Assembly: GCA_958009085.1 (NCBI GenBank)
Contig: OY253681.1
Location: 682,001 to 746,000, forward strand
Direction: 5' to 3'
Length of the DNA stretch: 64,000 nt
From: Protoeuglena noctilucae
Taxonomy: Eukaryota
Part shown: positions 50,248 through 59,811 of the stretch, one piece after another
Layout: every line of letters begins with the position of its first letter
Numbering within the stretch: the first letter of the stretch is position 1
Notes under the pieces: model-generated
Databases searched by the model: none
Told to the model about the DNA's origin: nothing
Seen by the model: the letters and a program-made list of their open reading frames with translations, nothing else
Position numbers and translations under genes: made by a program

Positions 50248-53200
50248 ATGCCGCTGCTTGAATGTACATCTCCAGATGCGCTGCCGGTTGCGCGGTGCCG
50301 GCCCGTCGTGGCTACGGTGGGTCAACGACGCCTCGGCACCCCGGAGCCACGCCTCGACGAGAGGGCCGTGGCACCTGATTTTCGCGACGTCAGATCGCGA
50401 CAAATTGACTGAGCCGGTCGCCTGGAATAGCACTCCGTCCCCATTCGCGCCTGCAGGTCCTGGCCAGCCCGTGGTGGTTCCTGTGGTCGGTCTTGCTCGC
50501 GGCCATCATGTTCTTAAGGTAATAATGAGCATTTTGCTCTGCTCGCGACCGTCGGATAACCGCAGCGATGCCTCAGTGGCCGGCGAACGCCTGGATGCGG
50601 AGGCGGCTCCTGCTCCGTGCCTGCAGCGACGGCTACGTCGGTCTCAGGACCCCGTACAATCGCAGCGTCCCTCTCCTCGTCGTCGTCCCTTTCGCCGTCC
50701 TGGCCGAGGCCGCCGTGCAGCGCTGGATGCACTGGGCGGGCTACGTGGACTTCGGCGCGGGGATTCTGAGCTGGTGAGCGGCTCTCGCCCCCCGGGGACG
50801 GCGCGGAGGGACGAGCATGTCATGTTCGTAACTTCGAACCCGCGTGCCCGCGCCGCAGGTCCTTGGAGGCGATGGACGTGGTGGCTGCGGTGGGCTTCTT
50901 GGTAGCCGACTACGTGCAGGGCCGGGAGCTGTACTCGAGCCGGACGGTGGCCGTCGGGACGACGATAGAGAACCTGCGGGAGGAGTACGCGGGTGAGGCG
51001 TCCTGCGCGGCCCGCTTGCGCGGCGGTCGATGCTCGTTGCATGCGGATTATATCGGGTACGCAATACGCGACGCCCGCGGCGTCCCCGGCCGCAGTGTTC
51101 GGCGTGACGGCCTTCGGGATCCTGATACTGACGATGCTGAAGACGGGCGTGTCGCAATACCGCGCCATGTGCTGGCACGCGGCCGACCCGACCAAGATGC
51201 ACGCCCGCACGCACACGGGCAACAACATGCGCATCTTCCTTATGATCGTCGTCATCTTCAAGACCGTCGGGTTCGCTGCCATGCTCCAGACCGTGGTGAG
51301 GAGCGTTGGCGTGCATGGCCGGCCGGCTCGACGAACTGCAACCCAGCGCCTGATGTGGTGCGTGGGCCCTACCTTTCCCCCCCCGCTCCTCGCCCGGCCT
51401 CGCAGGTCCAGATGAAGGCGAGCCTCGACCGCGGATCCTCCATGGTCGCCCCCGCCAACGTCGTCCAGTTACTGGCGCCGATCACCGATGAGACGCAGGC
51501 GAGCGTTGCATTGCGAGGCCAGAGGCAGGGCTCCGTGCATCTCACAACGCCTCTGGCACCGACTGACTCGTGAAATCTTGACAACGTGCTGAGAGCGGCA
51601 GTCTCCTCGTGTTGCACTGGCCACGTCGTCGACCTCGCATCGAGTCCAGCCAGCGCGTGAGACAGGAACCGCCCTCACCTGCTCTGCACCCCCGCAGCTG
51701 TCGGTGGCGGCCGCGGAGCTCGGGTCGGCCATCCGCTCCGTATCGTGCATGCGCATCGCGGCCGTGCAGCGCGGGGCGTGGACGGTGCAGGTGGCTGGGC
51801 CTGCGGAGGAGACGCTGCTGATCGTGAGCAACGATGGCGCGCTGACGGCGTCGTTCGACGTCGAGGGGTGCAGGAGTGAGATGGCGGAGAGCTTCGGGGG
51901 ATTCAAAGTGGTGAGTGGCTGATGCTTGGCGGGTGGTGGATCGATGCGGATCGTGCTTCGGCTGCCCCTCATTGGTGCCTTGGCTGAGGCGGGCAAGGGC
52001 ATGTGACCATGCCGCCCTGCTCTCGCTAGCTGTGCCATAGCTAATCACGAGATACATGCGCTCACAACAAGTTCTCTGGCACCCCTTTCTCGCAGGCCAT
52101 GCTGGCGATCGACATCGTGTGGCTCCTCTTCAGCTTCAGCGCCGCAAGGGCCTTCGTCGTCAAACCTCTGCTGGACCTCCTCAAAGGGTGAGCAATAGTA
52201 TTTGTAGTAGTAGTAGTAGTAATAGGCACATCTCAATGTATGTGCGTCGTGTGTCGTTCGACAATCGTCTCGGTGGCACAAGCGACTGTGTTTGCAGTGG
52301 TGCCGAACAGTTGGTCAGCCACGCCATACAGCAGAGACTCGTTATCGCGCTGTGTCCCTTACCCGCAGCATCATCTCTTTGTCGTCCCATCTGGACGGGG
52401 ATGGGCTGTTAAGGGACGCGGTGGCCGCTCCCAACACCAAGGGCGCCGGGGCTGACCGGGGCAGTGACGCCAAGCAAGTGTGGGCGGAGGTGAGCGGCGG
52501 TAGTGGGGTTGGTAGAAGCTTACACTGTACGTGTTTGCTGGGGACGCTTATGAAGCCATAATGCCATTGCTCACCCCCCGACAGCCATGCCCACTCCCAC
52601 CCTGTTGCTTCATTGCTCACCTCAATTCTCATCCCTCTCGCACAGTCATACCCCCTCTCACCCCCTCTCACCCCCTCACCCACTCTCACCCACTCTCACC
52701 CACCCCTCTCTGGAACCCCCAGGAGGCCGTGGCCCGCACCATCAAAAGCATCCGGCTGCTGATGAAGGCGTCGTACCGGGGGCAGACCATCGTGAAGCAG
52801 GTGCGACTGTGACTGTGACTGAGACTGACTGAGACTGTGACGGTGACGGTGACGGTGACTGTGAGGGGTGGTATTGATGTTGATACATCTATGTTGTGAG
52901 TGATCCGCACTGCACGCCGGCGCTACCCAGGTGCTCCGGGAGGTGGGCAATCGTGACGAGAAGGAGGGCATGCAAATGCTTTCCATGTTCGGGGCGAAAG
53001 AGGGGGAGGACGTGCCGTCGAACCACCAGAGGCGGGCCATCAAAGTGCGCACCAAGTCGCGGGTCGCGCACGCCCTGGCCAAGACCATGACCAAGAACAA
53101 GGGGTCCGCGGGCACCACCCCCATCAGGTGAGATTCTGCAAAGAGACACACACACGCGGGAGGGTAGTATTCTCTTGATTGGCGAACGAAGCGCGAGCGT

Positions 53201-56200
53201 GGTGGTTGCGGCGACGGTGGTGGGCGCTTGCCTTGACCCGTGCCCTCGTTGCCTCAGCACCTGACTGTCATCGTCACTCTCGCTGCCACCCCCACTACCA
53301 TCCCCACTGCCACCCTCACTGCCACCCTTGTTACCACCCCCATTGCCACCCCTATCACCCCTATCACCCCCACCCCCCCAGTTCCGAGATAGACGGTGCT
53401 AACTCCCAGACCGTCACCCCTTTGGACTCGACCAGTGCCGGCCTCTCCAGCTTCGTGACCGCCAGCCCCGATGGGTGGTGGGCGGTGGACTGCCTGGCCA
53501 TGTCGAGGGAGACGAGCTTCGATTTTGTGGTCGAGATGTTCCGATACATGAAGTGAGTGGGATATATATGCTGATCTGTCATGTGGGGATGGATGTTCTG
53601 ATACATGGAGTGAGAGCTGGCATGAGTTGTAGTAATTATTTTGTGTTGTGCAGTGAGCAGTGGTGCCGCTCGTCGGTCGTGAGCAGTGCTCTCTGTCTGC
53701 CACTTGACCCCAACCCCGAAACCCATTCCTTCGTCCCCTCTCTCTCCCCACCACCCCAAGCCTGATCACCTGCACCGCTCTCCCGCTCACCACCAACCCC
53801 AGCCCCTCTCCCCTCTCCATGCATCCAACCCCATCCCCTCCCTCCCCACCCCCCAGGCTCATCCAGGAGGTCCCAAAAGCCGCCACCAAGGACCCCGGGG
53901 AGCCCTCCCGCCCCTGCCGCGTGTCCGTGGCCGAGCAGGCCATGAGGAGCGGCAGCGGGGAGGAGGGGGTGGCGCGGGTGCGGGAGAAGACGCTCAGGCG
54001 GTTCCTCGCAGAGTGCGAGGCGCGGTATTTGCAGAACCCGTATCACAGGTGACACTTGTGATGTAGCAAGGGCGATGGTTGGGGTGTGACGGTACCTGCA
54101 GAACCCCTATCAAAGGTGAGGTGTGCTCCTGGCAGAGTGCGAGGCGCGGTACCTGCAGAACCCGTGCCACAGGTGAGCATGCGAGGGTGGTAGTGAGGGG
54201 AGGGAGGGCGGTAGCTGTGTGGTGGGTGGCGATTGCCGGAGTGGTGCGTGCTGGTAGCTAGTATACAACCATGGGTGCAGCTGTGAGGGCTGGATGAGGT
54301 AGAGTGAAGGTTAGAGTCTGGTGCTCACTTACCAGTCCATCACATCGCCTTCCACTGCTAACCCTGTCTCTCTGCAGATGGGAGCACGCGGTGGACGTGA
54401 CCTTCTCGACCATGCAGCTGCTCCACCGCGCCGAGCGGTTCGTGCAACAGCACCTGTCCCCCGTGGACGTGCTCGCGTTGATGGTGGCCAGCATCGCGCA
54501 CGACGTGGGGCACCGGGGGCTGTCGAATGGGTTCCTGGTCAAGACCAGGGACGTGCTGGCCATGACCTACAACGACGCAAGCCCGCAGGTGACTTGTAAG
54601 AGAGGGGGGGATGAGAGGTGGTTGATTGTGGTTGGTGGAAGGCGAATGACGCAAGCCCACAGGTGAGTGACCTGTGGGGGATGGGGAGAGTTGGGGGCCG
54701 GCGGATGATGTGTCATATTATTGCTATCTCCACACTGTGCCACTCATTGCCCCTTCCACTCTCCTCGTCATCTGCTCACACTGACAACACACACACAGTC
54801 ACACTCGCATCCACTGATTTCGTTCCCCCATCTCAGGAGAAGCTCCACGCGTCCACGCTGTTCGTGATATGCTCGAGCACACACTCAATTACAATCATCC
54901 ACCCCATTCCCTTTTCTCAGGAGAAGCTCCACGCGTCTACCCTCTTCGTGATATGCTCGAGCACCCCCGAGGCCAACGTCTTTGAGCTGCTGAGCCCCGA
55001 GCAGTTCACCCACGCACGCAAGCTCATAATCGACGCCATCCTCGACACGGACATGGCGTGCCACTTCTCCAGGTGACTATATGTGATTGTGATTAATTGG
55101 TGTTTATATTAGTGACCAGTTGCTATCTATGCTCATTGTCGACACACACATGGCACCGACTGACCAGTCAGTCGCAGCTCGACTTCCAATAAGAACTGAC
55201 CTCTCCTATTCTCACCCCGCTGCTCCCCAGGCTCGCGGCATTGAGAATTACAATAACAACTAACACACCCACCCCTCATCCCTTCCCACCTCCAGGCTGG
55301 CTGCGTTGGAGGTGGTGGTGAAGGACCACGCCACGCAGACATGGGAGGCCGTGAGAGTGGCGCAGGCAGACGCAAAGACGGGACCGCACGGGCAGAGCAA
55401 CCTGGCAAATGGCGTGGGGAGTCGTGGGGTGGGGGGCGCGGTGGAGAGGTGAGGGGGGGGGAGGGAGGGGTTGGGCAGTGGGGGTCGTGGATAGGAGGCG
55501 AGAGAGGAATGGGGACGGTTACTGTTGAGTGCGGACATGCCATGGTTGTCACCCCATGTGCTGCTGATCACACGCGACGCTCACCTCATTCGCTCCGACC
55601 GATCCCATCACACGTGCAACGCTCAGCCCATGTATGCACGTCCTTTATCCCCCATCCCCACCCTCCACCCCAACCACACATTGCTTGCATCACCCCCACC
55701 CCCTCCCCCCAACCCCCCCCCCCAGTTTCTGCCCCCCCGAGGTGCGCTCTATCCTGCTCGGCCTCCTGCACGCCGCGGACCTGGGCAACAGCTTCAAGCC
55801 CGTGCACCTGCACGCCAAGTGGGCGGTGCAAGTGTCGCAGGAGTTCTTCCGAGAGGGGGAGGAGCTGAGGGTGAGGTGGTATGTGGATGTAATAATGATT
55901 GATATGGCTCAGCAAGGGTGGCGGTGAGGGTGGTGGCATGTGGGGTGGTTGCGAGAGGGGGAGGAGCTGAGGGTGAGGTGGTATGTGGATGTAATAATGA
56001 TTGATATGGCTCAGCAAGGGTGGCGGTGAGGGTGGTGGCATGTGGGGTGGTTGCGAGAGGGGGAGGAGCTGAGGGTGAGGTGGTATGTGGATGTAATAAT
56101 GATTGATATGGCTCAGCAAGGGTGGCGGTGAGGGTGGTGGCATGTGGGGTGGTTGCGAGAGGGGGAGGAGCTGAGGGTGAGGTGGTATGTGGATGTAATA

Positions 56201-58388
56201 ATGATTGATATGGCTCAGCAAGGGTGGCGGTGAGGGTGGTGGCATGTGGGGTGGTTGCGAGAGGGGGAGGAGCTGAGGGTGAGGTGGTATGTGGATGTAA
56301 TAATGATTGATATGGCTCAGCAAGGGTGGCGGTGAGGGTGGTGGCATGTGGGGTGGTTGCGAGAGGGGGAGGAGCTGAGGGTGAGGTGGTATGTGGATGT
56401 AATAATGATTGATATGGCTCAGCAAGGGTGGCGGTGAGGGTGGTGGCATGTGGGGTGGTTGCGAGAGGGGGAGGAGCTGAGGGTGAGGGTGGTTGGTTGT
56501 TTGATGACAGATGACTGAAGATGAGAGGTCGACTTGTGTTTGTTATAATCCACCTCACCTCACCTCACCTGCCCCCGCAGAAGATCGGTGTCTCCCCCAT
56601 CCCCCTGTTCGACGAAAGCAAGTGCTACCTGCCACACTCCCAGATGGTGAGCAGATGCTAGCTCTTTCAATGCTTGTATCATAACTTACACAGTCGCAAC
56701 CAACACCAAGTGCATATGTGAGACATGTTGTTACTACATGTATCATGCATTAGTATTCATACTTACGCACTTCTCCCCATCACTCCCCACCACTCCCAGG
56801 AGTTCCTGGACTTCATCGCCCGCCCGCTCTTCGTGGCCCTCTCGCGCCTGGTCCCCGAGCTGACACCGACCGTCCTGGCGCTCCGCCAGAACTTCCAGTT
56901 TTGGGCGATGATGGCCGTCGCGGACAAACAGGCGCTGGGATACGAGGACAAACCGGTGCCGCTCACGCGACAGGCGGGGCTGCTGGGGCGGGGGATGGGA
57001 ATGGGAATGGGGAGGAGGCGGCGGGGGGAATCGAACGTCGCACCTCTCCCCGAGGCTAGCGGGGGCTCTGTCATAGGGTGGCTGCGGCCGCAGGGGCGGC
57101 GAGAGAGCCGCAAAGTGGGTGGCGGGGAGGACGGGGTGGCGGTGACGGAGCTGTCGATGACGCACGGCAGCACGGGTGGGGGTGGGGGTGGGAATGGGCC
57201 GCGCACCAGTCGCTTAGCGTGGGGGCCAGCGGTGGGGGATGGGGTGGGGAGGAGGGAGGCGAGCGTGGATGCACACGGTGGGGGTGCGGGTGCGGGTGCG
57301 GGTGGGAGGAAGAGTGGGAACTATGGCAGGGGTGTGGCGGGGCCTGGGGGAGCAGTGCCGGGAGGGCGGAGGCGGGGCAGCGTGGATGGGCGGTCGTTGG
57401 ATTTGGTGAGGGGGATGCTGGGGCGGGCGCCGCGGAAGGTTTCTGGCACGATGCGTCCCTCCGGGCTGGGACTGGGCCCCTCGCAGCGGCAGCTGCACGT
57501 GGGGTGGGATCACGGGAGGGGTGGGGGTGTCAAGGGCGACGGTGCGGTACCTGAGTCGGGGTCGGCGGAGCTGTGGCGGATTGGCATGGAGCTGCAGGGC
57601 GTGGAGAGCCGGGCGTGGGCGGCAATTGTGCTGGGGAGGAGCTTGCGGGGTCTGCCGCCGTTCGAGGCCGCGCTGGCGTGCCAGGCGAGTTTGGGGGGTG
57701 AATGGGGTGGGTGGGTAGAGTTGGTGGAGTTGGTTTTGATTACTAAGCTGCAATGGGTTGCTCTGCGCGCTTCACGACCCCTCTGCTGCCCCGTCACACC
57801 TCGCACCCCTGCAAACACCGCTGTCACCTCTCGCTCCCCTCACACCCCTCACACGCCTCACACCCCTCCCCTGACCTCCTCACCCCTCTATCCACCCTCG
57901 CCCCCCCCTCAGCTCGTCGATGAAAGGAAGGTCTCTGACTTCCCCCATGTGGTCCCCAGCGAAAGCGTGGCCCCTGAGATAGTGGCACTGGTCGACGCGC
58001 TCATGGGCGTGGGGGTGCGGGACGTGCCACAGGTGAATGGGGTGTATTTAGTACTATTGCATTTAGTATTATCTGTATCTACTGAACACCAGTGGATACA
58101 TGGATGTATGGTCGTGTGATTGTGGGGGTGCGGGACGTGCCACAGGTGAATGGGGTGTATTTAGTGCTATCTGTTGCAACAGCAGTGGACCAGATAGTGG
58201 ATATGAGCGGGTGTGACTTTGCCAGGGCAGCGCGTGCGTAACACTTCATGACACTCTAAGCGTCACAGAGAGTGTCACCTCGACACCCTTCCCCGTCATC
58301 CCTGTGTCCACAGAAGGTGCTGGACGAGAGCCAGCTGGACCGCATGGACCAATTCAACAAGAAAGCAGAGGCACCACCCACGGCGTGA
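50248..58388 (+). CDS. Membrane-bound class I 3',5'-cyclic nucleotide phosphodiesterase, paralog 2 (6-TM module + PDEase domain)
   Basis: Catalytic motifs are NPYHR|WEHAVDV, AHDVGHRGLSN, YNDASPQ|EKLH, ILDTDMACH, LLHAADLGN, SQEFFREGEELR|KIG and SQM|EFLDFIARPL. The TM exons align with paralog 1 (VLASPWWFL vs VLSSVCWFA; LAEAAVQRWMHWAGYVD vs LADTAVQRACHAYGYVD; ITDETQ in both). The start codon is tentative. Confidence 0.9.
55851..56488 (+). repeat. 102-bp tandem array (6 full copies + partial) starting in the last 20 nt of an exon and carrying the splice donor in each copy
   Basis: The unit gagagggggaggagctgagg|gtgaggtggtatgtggatgtaataatgattgatatggctcagcaagggtggcggtgagggtggtggcatgtggggtggttgc starts at 55851, 55953, 56055, 56157, 56259, 56361 and 56463. 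Confidence 0.97.
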
Positions 58389-59567
58389 AAGCGGATGGGG
58401 CGAGAAGGACTGCCATCCACCATCATATACGGCCGGCGGTTAACTGACTAGTCACTGTCTGTGGCTGGCCGTCACCTGTCGAGTCGCCGTCATTTGCCGA
58501 GCATCGAGTTTTCCGGAGACGTCCTCACGCCCTCACCGGCCCGTCTCCGCCACCAATACCCCAACAATACTCTACGCCTGTCGCCACTCAGGGCCGCTGC
58601 CGCGCACGATAACACGGGCAGGCTCGCATCGAGCGATACCCCTCTGCCCACGGGGCATTGTACCCGACGCCGCGGCGGCCAACTGGGGCCCTAAGATACT
58701 CAGCATTGCGATGGGTGTCCCTCTGCTGTCCGTCTCTCATGATGCGACGCCTGGACCTCGCTGTGCATCCGCCAACCCTTGCCATCGCCGCCGGCCGCCG
58801 AGCACCGGCCGCCGAGCGCGGCACTGGCAGCACACATGATGATCAGATGATAATGATGATATGATGCTGCCACCCCTCTCTTAGCTCACATGGGTCGGTT
58901 TCATGCGCAGGCACTCGCCCAGCGCGTGCTGCAAGCCACGCCGCCCTCTCTCAGCTAGGGCCCCCTCTCAGCCACGGTCGGTGCTGCATGCGGCGAGTCA
59001 CGCAGTGCGCACTGCAAGACACGCCACGCTCTCTCTAAGCTCTGAGAACTGGCCGGTGCCTCGTGTTGCCCACGCCGCACCGCCATGCGTGCTCACACAG
59101 AGCACCACGGCCCCCCGGCTTTTGCTGTTTTCCAGCGCACGCCTGTTGCGATGTGCTGCACACGCCCTGTCTCGGTCCCACCGGACCCCAGGCCCCCATG
59201 ATCTCCTTTGCAACTAGGAGACCGTAACCATTCCTTTCGCATTCAGCATGCGTCGCATACACGTCATGTGCACGTCACACGGACAGTGTGATAACACCGG
59301 CGGTGTGACGACCCCCTTTCTCTGTCCCGCGTGCCGAGCGCTGCGTGCCGCCCCTTTTCGCGATGCTTGGCTTTTCGCCACACCCCCGTCATGCCCCCCC
59401 TGGCTGGCCAGAGATGGGCCGTGCCACGGTGCGTGACGGCCTGCGTTTTCACGGCTCCCTCAGTCAACCTGGATTTCTGTTTCTTTTCCTTCCCCTTGTG
59501 ACGTACCCCCTCCTCGGCAGGCCCATGTGTGCATATGAGAAACACCCACGAGTCTCTTTTGAATCGT

Positions 59568-59572
59568 TTACA
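59568..59572 (-). terminator. Candidate TGTAA polyadenylation signal of the MYB gene
   Basis: ttaca on the + strand lies about 240 bp downstream of the MYB stop. Confidence 0.45.
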
Positions 59573-59811
59573 ACGACTATACGATAGGGATCGTGCAGCA
59601 AAGAAACCCCCTGCACACTCTCCCACAGTCAACACAAACACCACCACGCACGCTCGCCACGCTGCTTGCAGTGCCCACCCACTGCTTGCAACGCCCACCT
59701 CCCCCGGCCAGCTTCAGGCTAGCTGTCAACCACGCACTCGCAGCACTTCGCCAAATCAACAACCTAGGTCAAACGGAGTGACACACAGAAGCCCGCTAAG
59801 GTGGGGCCGCG

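Noticed and set aside
51230..51295. Rhodopsin-PDE, suggested by IFKTVGF resembling a TM7 retinal-binding Lys motif
   Set aside because: There is no Asp four residues before the Lys, the Lys is absent from the paralog, and only about six TM helices are seen, with this one fifth.
52803..53375. GTGACT/GTGACG and CCACCCYCAYTG-type intronic simple repeats as functional elements
   Set aside because: They look like ordinary degenerate micro- or minisatellites with no further structure.
55851..56488. CRISPR array
   Set aside because: The units are identical end to end with no unique spacers, the array lies in a eukaryotic intron, and there are no cas genes.
55586..56558. Minus-strand Pro/His-rich repeat ORFs (287 and 254 aa)
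   Set aside because: These are by-products of the 102-bp (multiple of 3) intronic array read antisense to PDE2.
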